A program made the translations under genes and the position numbers. Positions 18,901 through 28,423 of a DNA stretch of 64,000 bases are shown piece by piece. Within the stretch, counting starts at the first letter, position 1; each line of letters starts with the position of its first letter. Origin of the DNA: Lachnospiraceae bacterium (GTDB lineage: Bacteria; Bacillota; Clostridia; Lachnospirales; Lachnospiraceae); NCBI GenBank assembly GCA_024699325.1, contig JAILPS010000006.1, positions 20,419-84,418 on the forward strand, read 5' to 3'. The notes under the pieces were generated by a model. That model worked only from the letters and a program-made list of their open reading frames with translations. It was not told the DNA's origin and did not search any database.

Positions 18901-19158
18901 GCGTATGTTGACGCCGAGAACGAAAAAAAGATGAAGAGGGCAATCTCTGAGATTACCAGAGACAAGACGGTCATAGTGATAGCCCACAAGCTTAAATCCA
19001 TAGAAAATGCTGACCGCATAGTTGTCATCGACAACGGCAGAATAGTTGGATGTGGCAAAAACGATGAGCTCCTGGGAAACTGCGAGGAGTACAGGAGGCT
19101 GTGGAACCTCAACGAGGCCACACAGGACTGGCAGCTTAAGAAGGAGGCGCAGATATGA
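15919..19158 (+). CDS. Fusion: duplicated ECF-type ATPase (EcfA-EcfA') + ABC exporter (TMD-NBD); three NBDs in one ORF
   Basis: 1079 aa. Walker A/signature pairs are GESGCGKTT/LSGGEKQQ, GDNGCGKST/LSGGQKQR and GMSGSGKST/LSGGQRQR. An exporter-type TMD lies between NBD2 and NBD3. Confidence 0.8.
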   Translation: MIEIKNVNFKYGGEEGPGDGVEDINLTIKTGEVVVLCGESGCGKTTISRMINGLIPHFYEGEFEGEVLIDDYNVSKHELCETAALVGSVFQNPKSQFFNVDTTGELTFGCENLGMSREEIGKRFAKTVTDMKLEALLNRNIFELSGGEKQQIACGSVYATEPQVFVMDEPSSNLDRKAIRRLSDILKKMKALGKTIVISEHRLYYLMDIADRFVYVKNGRIDREFTCEELRNIPEEELFALGLRSTAIENLKPRTENDYSEKTPSVEVIDLTCSRQNARIIDIDRIVLPKHSVVAVIGDNGCGKSTMAEALCGLIPSSGSVAFNGAYLNDKQRRKKCFMVMQDVNRQLFSDSCLEEVMLNATQDEEEAKKTLEKLGLLEYADRHPASLSGGQKQRTAIAAAVLADKDILFYDEPTSGLDRLGMERFGNILRDMKNDVAVSVIITHDPELITHCCTHVLHLERGRVIGFYPLDEEGVERIKGYFLSPSDDNTSKKRDKRSSVGKILGYAGKHKLSIFFAFLLMTIGAMASIVPYVGIGELIRRVIEAKSVTLDNSLTIVAGVVIAEVIYAIFYMLGLIVSHHAAYGTLENIRKTLQEKMEKLPLGFVMNKGSGEIKKLFTDDVESIEALLAHMIPEGLANLCVPVIALVILVAIDWKLALLTMLMVFIGISVSRQMYTVGMNKMGSYFAAGKRMNNAIVEYVNGMEVVRVFNRQKDSDYKYEKAVNEYRDYALEWYRVSWPWMALYKSVFANIVLYSLPFGALFVLLGQMSISNYILALMISFGTGPMLLHCMSFIGAVPQVSYKIEALESAMDSVPLKTMEEEFAGSDNTVEFRDVHFSYKDAEVIKGVSFTAAEGETTALVGMSGSGKSTLAKLLVHYYEISGGEITIGGQDIRSMSLDALNERISFVSQSVFLFNKTIMENIRMGRPDASDEEVIAAARLAECDDFIMELRDGYQTMAGSAGGALSGGQRQRISFARAILKDAPIIVFDEATAYVDAENEKKMKRAISEITRDKTVIVIAHKLKSIENADRIVVIDNGRIVGCGKNDELLGNCEEYRRLWNLNEATQDWQLKKEAQI

Positions 19159-20876
19159 TAAAAATGCTTCATTCAATCCTGCGTTTCACAGGAAAATACG
19201 CCCGGAGAATAAGGCTTGCCTACATCGTCTCGTTTTTTAAGAGTATCTGCACCAACTTCCCGATCATGATGGCGGTTTTTGTGGTGGATGCCTTCATAAG
19301 GGGCGAGGCAGGAATAGGGGAGTGCGTTTTGGCAGCCGTAGCCATAATGGCTGTATTTGGAATTCACAGCGCTCTTCAGGTCGTGTCCGACAGACTGCAG
19401 TCCGGCACCGGATACATGGTTTTTGCAGACAAGAGAAAAGAATTTGGAGAACATTTAAAGCGCCTTCCCATGGGATTTTTTACGGAGGGCAATGTCGGAA
19501 AGATAAGCACTATTTTGTCACAGGACATGGTTTACATAGAGGAGCAGTCCATGACCATAATCGCCGACGCGGTTATGGATATGTGCACACAGGCGCTCAT
19601 GATAATCTTCCTGGCGGTGATCAATCCGCTTCTTGGGGCGATTGCGTTGGCGTTTGTAACTATAATCGTCATAGTGGCTCAGTTTATGATTGTGCAGTCG
19701 AAAAAGGGCGCCGAGGGCAGAAATATAGCCATAGAGGATCTGACCAGCGCGGTTTTGGAGTACACGGAGGGAATGCCCATAATCAAGAGCTTCTGCCTCA
19801 CGGGAAGGAGCGCTAAGGATGTCAGGGAATCGTTTGCTAAAATGAAGGATTCAAGCCTGGAGTTTGAAAACAGGCTGGTTCCTTTCGAGATAGTTATGGC
19901 GCTTCTGTACGGTCTTGGAAGATGCGCGCTGCTTGTCGGGACCATCTGGCTGTTTCAGAAAGGGGAGCTTACGCCAACATTTTTTGTGGCGACATGTTTT
20001 TTGATATTCACGGCATTTACCGCCATCAAGCATCTCTACCAACAGACCACAAGGCTTACGCTTATGACGGACAGTCTCTCTAGAATCAAGGCTGTGTTTG
20101 ACATGGCGCAGATAGAGGAGAAGAAGAACGATGAGCCCGCATTTGACGATGTAAAGCCCGAGGTCGAGTTTGAAAATGTCTCGTTTGCATACACGGACGA
20201 GGAGGTCTTAAACGACGTATCGTTTAAGGCGGACAGGGGAAGCATGACCGCTTTAGTCGGCGCCTCAGGTGGCGGCAAATCGACGGTCGCAAACCTTCTT
20301 GCCAGATTCTGGGATGTGAAGAGCGGCAGCATCAAAATAAGAGGTGTGGACATAAGGGATATGTCCCTTGAGGCCCTCATGAACATGATAAGCATGGTTT
20401 TCCAGAGGGTTTATCTGTTTAACGACACTATCTACAACAATATCGCCATGGCAAAACCGCAGGCCACCAGAGAGGAAGTCTTCGAGGCTGCCAGACGAGC
20501 ATGCTGCTACGATTTTATAATGAAGCTGCCATTTGGTTTCGACACCATAATTGGCGAGGGTGGCTCGAGCCTGTCAGGCGGAGAGGCACAGAGAATATCC
20601 ATCGCCAGATGCATACTTAAGGACGCCCCGATCATAATTCTTGACGAGGCGACGGCGAGCATTGACGCCGACAACGAAAAAAATATAAGAGAGGCCATGA
20701 CTGAGCTGTGCAGGGGCAAGACTACTATTGTAATCGCCCACAGACTCTACACCATCAGGGAGGCTGACAACATTATTGTTATCGACAGAGGACGCATCGC
20801 ACAGAGCGGAAGAAGAGATGAGCTTCTTCGCGTGGGCGGCGCTTACAGAAGACTTGAGGAGGCTGCAGATGACTGA
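19155..20876 (+). CDS. ABC exporter half-transporter (TMD-NBD), partner of the preceding exporter module
   Basis: 573 aa. It has an N-terminal 6-TM domain, Walker A GASGGGKST, signature LSGGEAQR and Walker B IIILDEATA. The start overlaps the upstream stop (ATGA). Confidence 0.9.
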   Translation: MIKMLHSILRFTGKYARRIRLAYIVSFFKSICTNFPIMMAVFVVDAFIRGEAGIGECVLAAVAIMAVFGIHSALQVVSDRLQSGTGYMVFADKRKEFGEHLKRLPMGFFTEGNVGKISTILSQDMVYIEEQSMTIIADAVMDMCTQALMIIFLAVINPLLGAIALAFVTIIVIVAQFMIVQSKKGAEGRNIAIEDLTSAVLEYTEGMPIIKSFCLTGRSAKDVRESFAKMKDSSLEFENRLVPFEIVMALLYGLGRCALLVGTIWLFQKGELTPTFFVATCFLIFTAFTAIKHLYQQTTRLTLMTDSLSRIKAVFDMAQIEEKKNDEPAFDDVKPEVEFENVSFAYTDEEVLNDVSFKADRGSMTALVGASGGGKSTVANLLARFWDVKSGSIKIRGVDIRDMSLEALMNMISMVFQRVYLFNDTIYNNIAMAKPQATREEVFEAARRACCYDFIMKLPFGFDTIIGEGGSSLSGGEAQRISIARCILKDAPIIILDEATASIDADNEKNIREAMTELCRGKTTIVIAHRLYTIREADNIIVIDRGRIAQSGRRDELLRVGGAYRRLEEAADD

Positions 20877-21048
20877 CGCATTTAGGAAAATAACGGGTCT
20901 GATTCTCATGATGATTGGCGCATTTTTCCTGCTTTTTGGAGTGTTCCTGGTGGATTTATCATTCAGGGCGCTTCTGATACTTGCGGGAATTGCGCTCATA
21001 GTTGTGGGATTTGTCATGTACAGACTCATGAAGGATTCGGACGAATAA
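20869..21048 (+). CDS. Small two-TM membrane protein (59 aa)
   Basis: ATG 20869 overlaps the exporter stop (cagATGACTGA). The sequence MTDAFRKITGLILMMIGAFFLLFGVFLVDLSFRALLILAGIALIVVGFVMYRLMKDSDE has two clear hydrophobic helices. The longer track ORF from 20776 would overlap the NBD. Confidence 0.55.
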   Translation: MTDAFRKITGLILMMIGAFFLLFGVFLVDLSFRALLILAGIALIVVGFVMYRLMKDSDE

Positions 21049-21070
21049 CATAAATATTGTGAAAACTGTA

Positions 21071-21105
21071 AAACAGCTCATGCATTGGCATGAGCTGTTT
21101 TGTTG
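21071..21105 (+). terminator. Rho-independent terminator ending the transporter operon
   Basis: AAACAGCTCATGC-attg-GCATGAGCTGTTT is a perfect 13-bp stem followed by a T-rich tail. Confidence 0.8.
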
Positions 21106-21245
21106 TCAAGTGTCGCGCGGACTGACTGTCAAATTCCTTATGGAACTTGACAATTGAAAACATCTTCACGAGAATGTATAATGATTCAAATATATTTTGA
21201 TTTTCGAGCCGCCAGGTTTTAACAGGCGGCATAAGGAAGGAAAAC

Positions 21246-22160
21246 ATGAAGAAAACAGCTTGGTTTGGCAATCTGCTCTTGGTTTTTGTCGCAGCTATCT
21301 GGGGAACGGCATTTGTTTTTCAGAGAGTCGGCATGGACAAGATAGAGCCCATAACATTTAACGCGAGCCGCATGACGCTCTCGGCGATTGTGGTTGGAAT
21401 AGTGGTTTTAGTCAGGGGAAGGTCATCTGACAGGGCGGCAGAGGAGGGCATATCCCTTAAAAGAGATATAATCGGAGGCGTATGTTGCGGCGTGTTTTTA
21501 GCGTCCGCCAGCATTTTCCAGCAGATGGGGCTTGTGTTTACCTCTGCCGGCAAGGCGGGCTTTATCACAGCCATGTACATGCTCCTAGTCCCCGTGATAG
21601 GGTTTTTGTTTTTTAAGAAGCGCAATCCTCTCATCGTGTGGCTTGCGGTGGCATTAGGCGTTGTGGGAATGTATATGCTTTGCATAACAGACGGCTTCAG
21701 CCTGGAATACGGCGACAGCTTGGTCTGCGTGTGCGCGCTTCTTTTTAGCGGACATATACTGTGCTGCGACCACTTTGCGGGAAGGGGAGACCCCATAAGA
21801 ATATCCGCCATACAGTTTCTGACCACGGCGGTCATATCCTGGACGGCGGCTTTTATTGTGGAGAGCCCGACATGGGCGGCCATATGGGAAGCATTTCTTC
21901 CGATAGCATACTGTGGAATAGTGTCAGGAGGTGTGGGCTACACGCTGCAGATGGTTGCGCAAAAACACACCGACCCGACGGTGGCATCGCTACTCATGAG
22001 CTTAGAATCCGTGTTTGCGGTGATTGCGGGCGCGCTGATCCTTGAGGAAATGATGAGCAGGCGCGAGATAACCGGCTGCGCTATCATGTTTGCGGCTATT
22101 GTTATCGTGCAGATTGGCCCGTATTTTGTCAATAAAAAGTCTGATGTGACGCATGTGTAA
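21246..22160 (+). CDS. EamA/DMT-family transporter
   Basis: 304 aa with about 10 TM helices and a duplicated EamA-like architecture. Confidence 0.8.
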   Translation: MKKTAWFGNLLLVFVAAIWGTAFVFQRVGMDKIEPITFNASRMTLSAIVVGIVVLVRGRSSDRAAEEGISLKRDIIGGVCCGVFLASASIFQQMGLVFTSAGKAGFITAMYMLLVPVIGFLFFKKRNPLIVWLAVALGVVGMYMLCITDGFSLEYGDSLVCVCALLFSGHILCCDHFAGRGDPIRISAIQFLTTAVISWTAAFIVESPTWAAIWEAFLPIAYCGIVSGGVGYTLQMVAQKHTDPTVASLLMSLESVFAVIAGALILEEMMSRREITGCAIMFAAIVIVQIGPYFVNKKSDVTHV

Positions 22161-22170
22161 AGTGTTAAAT

Positions 22171-22196
22171 ATGGCATTTGATTAATGCCATGTTTT
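22171..22196 (+). terminator. Possible rho-independent terminator
   Basis: ATGGCATT-tgatt-AATGCCAT stem followed by GTTTT. The stem is AT-rich. Confidence 0.45.
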
Positions 22197-22257
22197 GTGC
22201 TAGTATTAGTATAGTATATTTAAACATCATTACCTGTTCAATAAGCGAGGTATTCCT

Positions 22258-22770
22258 ATGAAGTCGATTATGGTGCTTGACAGCGGTGACTATATGTCCA
22301 CAACAAAAATCGTCAAGAAGGTGACGGTGAGAGCCGTCATCGTGAAGGATGGCAGGCTTCTCTTGCAGCGCGACGGCGCGGGCGTGTATAAGCTGCCGGG
22401 AGGTGGTGTAGAGGTGGGCGAGGATTTTATCGACACGCTAAGGCGCGAGGTCTTAGAGGAGGTTGGCCGCGATATTGTGAGCGAGACCATCGAGGAGATA
22501 GGTATGATAAGCGAGGTCAGAAGGGATGTGTTTGATCCGCAGGTCAAGTTCATCAGGGATACGTATTTTTATAAATGTGACATAACAGATGAGGAGCACG
22601 AGCTGAAGCTTACACAGAGCGAAGAAAAAGCGGGCTTTTACGCCACGTGGGCAGACATTGACGAGATTATAGAGGTCAATTCGCGCCACGGGCTTAAGGA
22701 CTGCATGAAGAGAGATACATTTTTCTTAAAGTGGTATAAGGAGGAAACAGAGGTTGGGAACAATAAGTGA
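22258..22770 (+). CDS. NUDIX hydrolase
   Basis: 170 aa with the Nudix box GGGVEVGEDFIDTLRREVLEEVG. Confidence 0.85.
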   Translation: MKSIMVLDSGDYMSTTKIVKKVTVRAVIVKDGRLLLQRDGAGVYKLPGGGVEVGEDFIDTLRREVLEEVGRDIVSETIEEIGMISEVRRDVFDPQVKFIRDTYFYKCDITDEEHELKLTQSEEKAGFYATWADIDEIIEVNSRHGLKDCMKRDTFFLKWYKEETEVGNNK

Positions 22771-23683
22771 ATTCACTGTCAGCTCTTTGCAGGACGGACT
22801 TGAGCTTAGCGCCATGACAGTGATGCCTGAGGGAGAAGTCAAGGGAATAGTACAGTTTGTCCACGGAATGTGCGAGCACAAGGAGCGCTATATTCCTATC
22901 ATGGAATATCTGTCCGGCCACGGCTATGCCTGCATCATTCACGACCACAGAGGCCATGGCAAGAGCGTCAAGGAGCCGGAGGATTTAGGCTTCTTCTATG
23001 AAAACGGCGCAGAGGCATTAGTTGAGGACATCCACCAGATGACAGTCTATGCCAAGGAAACGTTTGGGGATATTCACCCCTTCGTGCTTTTGGGACACAG
23101 CATGGGCTCGTTTGCCGTCAGATGCTATGCGAAGAAGTATGACAGGGAGATTGACAAACTTATCGTCATGGGAAGTCCGTCATACAATCCTGCAGCAGGG
23201 GTCGGCGAGACGCTTGTCAAGATTCTTAAGAAGTTTAAGGGCGAGCGCGCCCACAGTAAGCTTCTCGACTACATGGCTATAGATTCGGGCTACGAGAAGA
23301 GGTTTGCCGCTGAGAAGACGAAGCACGCCTGGGTGTGCTCGGACCCGGAGGTGGTTGCCGCATATAACGCGGATCCCCTGTGCAACTACACATTTACAAT
23401 AAACGGTTATGAGAATCTCATGAAGCTCATGGCAGAGGCATACAGCACGAAGGGCTGGGACGATGTAAATGCTTCGCTTCCCGTCATATTCATGTCGGGC
23501 AAGGAGGATCCCTGCGCCGTGAACGATAAGGGCTTCTCAGAGGCCATCAGGAATTTCAAGAGCCACGGTTACACATGTGTCTCAGGCAAATTCTACAAAA
23601 ACATGCGCCACGAGATACTAAACGAGAAGCGCAAAATGGTTGTCTACAAGGATATTTTGGATTTCATAGAGGATAATAACTGA
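22754..23683 (+). CDS. Alpha/beta hydrolase (lysophospholipase/monoacylglycerol-lipase-like)
   Basis: 309 aa with a TTG start, the nucleophile elbow GHSMGS and an HG oxyanion motif (FVHGMCEH). Confidence 0.8.
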   Translation: MGTISEFTVSSLQDGLELSAMTVMPEGEVKGIVQFVHGMCEHKERYIPIMEYLSGHGYACIIHDHRGHGKSVKEPEDLGFFYENGAEALVEDIHQMTVYAKETFGDIHPFVLLGHSMGSFAVRCYAKKYDREIDKLIVMGSPSYNPAAGVGETLVKILKKFKGERAHSKLLDYMAIDSGYEKRFAAEKTKHAWVCSDPEVVAAYNADPLCNYTFTINGYENLMKLMAEAYSTKGWDDVNASLPVIFMSGKEDPCAVNDKGFSEAIRNFKSHGYTCVSGKFYKNMRHEILNEKRKMVVYKDILDFIEDNN

Positions 23684-23696
23684 TAGAGGTGCAGAT

Positions 23697-25181
<1,485 letters not shown>

Positions 25182-25364
25182 ATCTTCAAATCAGGCGCAG
25201 TCTTCCGAAAAATGATAAAGAGGGCTCAAGCATGGACGAAGGTGATGAGATATATTACTGCGCCGATGAGGACTGCATATATGTACACCGTGTCCTGATT
25301 TCGGATTATCCGTGGATGAGACTAACACGATGGGGGTCGTGACATTTCGCTGATTAAACGCAGG

Positions 25365-25407
25365 CCATACAGGAGCACAAAACTCCTGTGTGGCTTGCTT
25401 TGTTTTT
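25365..25407 (+). terminator. Rho-independent terminator ~185 nt downstream of glpK
   Basis: CCATACAGGAG-cacaaaa-CTCCTGTGTGG (11 bp, one G-U pair) followed by CTTGCTTTGTTTTT. Confidence 0.7.
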
Positions 25408-25502
25408 ACACAAGTTATGATATGAACATCAGATATTACTTTTAATTATATCTAAAATTCCAAAAATGTATGAGTTTTGTTTAACTAACGAATCATTTGG
25501 AC

Positions 25503-25531
25503 TTGAAAAATAATCGCAAGTTGGTTACACT
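25503..25531 (+). promoter_or_regulatory. Promoter TTGAAA-N17-TACACT for the leuB-ilvD-ilvB unit
   Basis: -35 at 25503-25508 and -10 at 25526-25531, followed by an ~85-nt leader before the GTG start. Confidence 0.4.
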
Positions 25532-25618
25532 AGGGGGAGTATTTTCGAAAACTATATGCTTTTTTAGTTTTCGGTGCTTCGCCTAAGGGCGATGCATACT
25601 AGGTTAGGAGGTATTTAG

Positions 25619-26707
25619 GTGAAATTTAACGTAACATTAATACCTGGTGACGGTATCGGACCAGAGATTGTCACTGAGGCAGTCAAGGTGCTTGACCGAG
25701 TCGGCAGCAGATTCGGCGTGGAATTTAATTATACAAAAATCCTCATGGGCGGTTGTTCAATCGACGCCACAGGCGTTCCGCTCACGGATGAGGCATTATC
25801 GATAGCGAAGGCAAGCGACAGCGTGCTCCTCGGAGCCGTCGGTGGCAATGTTGGAGAGAGCAGCTGGTATAAGCTTCCGCCAAACCTTCGCCCTGAGGCA
25901 GCGCTTCTTCGAATTCGCAAGGAGCTGGGACTGTTTGCAAATATAAGACCTGCATATCTCTATGATGAGCTGAAGGCGGCATGTCCTTTAAGCCCAGACG
26001 TTATCGGCGACGGTTTCGATATGGTCATCATGAGAGAGCTCACAGGCGGTATTTATTTCGGCGTTCACACAACTGAGGAGGTTGACGGCGTTAAGAAGGC
26101 GACCGACATTTGCTCATATGATGAGAACGAGATTAGAAGAATAGCCATCAAGGGCTTCGAGATTGCGAGAAAGAGAAGAAAGAACGTGATCTCAGTCGAC
26201 AAGGCTAACGTGCTCGACACTTCGAGACTCTGGAGAAAGGTTGTTGAGGAGGTGGCTAAGGATTACCCTGACGTCACACTTTCACATATGCTTGTTGACA
26301 ACTGTGCAATGCAGTTGGTCAAGGATCCTAAGCAGTTCGACGTTATTCTTACGGAGAACATGTTTGGCGATATCTTATCGGACGAGGCCAGCATGGTCAC
26401 AGGCTCCATCGGAATGCTCTCAAGCGCATCCCTCTCAGAGGGCAAGCTTGGACTCTACGAGCCAAGCCATGGTTCAGCGCCTGATATCGCTGGCAAGAAC
26501 ATTGCAAATCCTATCGCGACAATCCTCTCAGCAGCGATGATGCTCAGATATTCATTCGACCTTGATGAGGCTGCGGATGTTATCGAGGCGGCAGTTAAGA
26601 GAGCCTTAAGCGAGGGCTACAGAACAGTGGACATCATGAGCGAGGGCTGCAAACAGGTTTCCACAACACAGATGGGCGATATAATCGCCGGTTTCTGTGA
26701 GGCATAA
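25619..26707 (+). CDS. leuB: 3-isopropylmalate dehydrogenase
   Basis: 362 aa with a GTG start. It has the [12 protein letters not shown]-terminus and the [13 protein letters not shown] signature. Confidence 0.95.
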   Translation: MKFNVTLIPGDGIGPEIVTEAVKVLDRVGSRFGVEFNYTKILMGGCSIDATGVPLTDEALSIAKASDSVLLGAVGGNVGESSWYKLPPNLRPEAALLRIRKELGLFANIRPAYLYDELKAACPLSPDVIGDGFDMVIMRELTGGIYFGVHTTEEVDGVKKATDICSYDENEIRRIAIKGFEIARKRRKNVISVDKANVLDTSRLWRKVVEEVAKDYPDVTLSHMLVDNCAMQLVKDPKQFDVILTENMFGDILSDEASMVTGSIGMLSSASLSEGKLGLYEPSHGSAPDIAGKNIANPIATILSAAMMLRYSFDLDEAADVIEAAVKRALSEGYRTVDIMSEGCKQVSTTQMGDIIAGFCEA

Positions 26708-26743
26708 TCACAGTTTTCTGACATATGTATAGGAGAATAGAAT

Positions 26744-28408
26744 ATGAAGAGTGATGCAGCAAGACAGGGTCTGCAGGCGGCTCCTGCAAGATCATTATTT
26801 AACGCACTTGGACAGACCGAGGAGGAAATGAAGCGACCAATGGTCGGCATCGTAAGCTCCTACAACGAGATAGTTCCAGGTCATATGAACATCGATAAGA
26901 TCGTCGAGGCAGTTAAGCTCGGCGTAGCCATGGCGGGCGGTACACCTGTTGTGTTCCCGGCTATCGCAGTCTGCGACGGTATCGCCATGGGACATATAGG
27001 AATGAAGTACTCTCTTGTGACGAGAGACTTAATCTGCGACTCCACAGAGTGTATGGCTACAGCTCACCAGTTTGACGCACTTGTAATGGTGCCTAACTGT
27101 GACAAAAACGTTCCAGGACTTCTGATGGCAGCGGCAAGACTTAACATTCCTACAATATTCGTCAGCGGCGGCCCAATGCTCGCCGGACATGTGAAGGGCA
27201 AGAAGACAAGCCTCTCATCCATGTTCGAGGCAGTAGGCGCTTACTCAGCGGGCAAGATCAGCGAGGATGAGCTCTACGAATACGAATGCAAGACATGTCC
27301 TACATGTGGTTCATGCTCAGGTATGTACACAGCCAACTCTATGAACTGTCTGACAGAGGCCATCGGTATGGGACTTCGCGGCAACGGAACCATCCCTGCC
27401 GTATATTCAGAGAGACTTAAGCTTGCAAAACATGCAGGTATGAAGATTATGGAGCTTCTTGAGAAGAATATCAGACCTAGAGATATTCTCACGAAGGAGG
27501 CCTTCGAGAACGCGCTCACAGTTGATATGGCTCTCGGATGCTCTACCAACACCATGCTTCACCTCCCTGCAATCGCACACGAGGCAGGCATCGAGCTTAA
27601 CCTCGACATTGCCAACGAGATCTCTAACCGCACACCAAACCTGTGCCACTTAGCTCCAGCCGGAAGACATTACATGGAGGAGTTAGAGGAGGCAGGCGGT
27701 GTCTATGCAGTTATGAAGGAACTGGCAGACATCGGTTTATTACACACAGACCTCATCACAGCCACAGGCAAAACTGTAGGCGAGAATATAGCAAATGCTT
27801 ACAATAAGGATCCTGAGATCATCAGACCTGTCGACAACCCTTACAGAAAGGACGGCGGTATCGCAGTTCTCAAGGGCAACATTGCCCCTGACAGCGGTGT
27901 TGTCAAGAGAAGTGCTGTTGTTCCTGAGATGATGGTTCACTCAGGCCCTGCAAGAGTATTTGACTGTGAGGACGATGCAATCGCAGCCATCCTTGGCGGC
28001 AAGATCGTTGCCGGTGACGTTGTGGTCATCAGATATGAGGGACCTAAGGGCGGTCCTGGTATGAGAGAGATGCTTAATCCTACATCTGCTATCGCAGGTA
28101 TGGGACTTGGAAGCAGCGTAGCGCTCATCACAGACGGACGTTTCTCAGGCGCAAGCCGTGGAGCTTCCATCGGACATGTGAGCCCTGAGGCAGCTGTAGG
28201 CGGCCCTATCGCTTTGATCGAGGAGGGCGACATCATTGACATTGATATCGAGGCAAACACTCTGAACGTGAGACTCTCAGACGAGGAGCTCGCAGCCAGA
28301 AGAGCCAAGTGGCAGCCTCGCGAGCCTAAGGTCACAACAGGCTATCTCGCAAGATATGCGAAGATGGTTACCAGTGCCAACAGGGGAGCAATACTTGAAA
28401 TCAAGTAG
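26744..28408 (+). CDS. ilvD: Dihydroxy-acid dehydratase
   Basis: 554 aa with [15 protein letters not shown] and [10 protein letters not shown] motifs. Confidence 0.96.
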   Translation: MKSDAARQGLQAAPARSLFNALGQTEEEMKRPMVGIVSSYNEIVPGHMNIDKIVEAVKLGVAMAGGTPVVFPAIAVCDGIAMGHIGMKYSLVTRDLICDSTECMATAHQFDALVMVPNCDKNVPGLLMAAARLNIPTIFVSGGPMLAGHVKGKKTSLSSMFEAVGAYSAGKISEDELYEYECKTCPTCGSCSGMYTANSMNCLTEAIGMGLRGNGTIPAVYSERLKLAKHAGMKIMELLEKNIRPRDILTKEAFENALTVDMALGCSTNTMLHLPAIAHEAGIELNLDIANEISNRTPNLCHLAPAGRHYMEELEEAGGVYAVMKELADIGLLHTDLITATGKTVGENIANAYNKDPEIIRPVDNPYRKDGGIAVLKGNIAPDSGVVKRSAVVPEMMVHSGPARVFDCEDDAIAAILGGKIVAGDVVVIRYEGPKGGPGMREMLNPTSAIAGMGLGSSVALITDGRFSGASRGASIGHVSPEAAVGGPIALIEEGDIIDIDIEANTLNVRLSDEELAARRAKWQPREPKVTTGYLARYAKMVTSANRGAILEIK

Positions 28409-28423
28409 GAATAGGAGAAGAAA

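Noticed and set aside
25410-25618. T-box riboswitch or Leu/Ile/Val leader-peptide attenuator ahead of leuB-ilvD-ilvB.
   Set aside because: There is no T-box consensus (…GGGTGGTACCGCG-like), no terminator/antiterminator pair with a T-tract, and no BCAA-rich mini-ORF. Only short hairpins are present.
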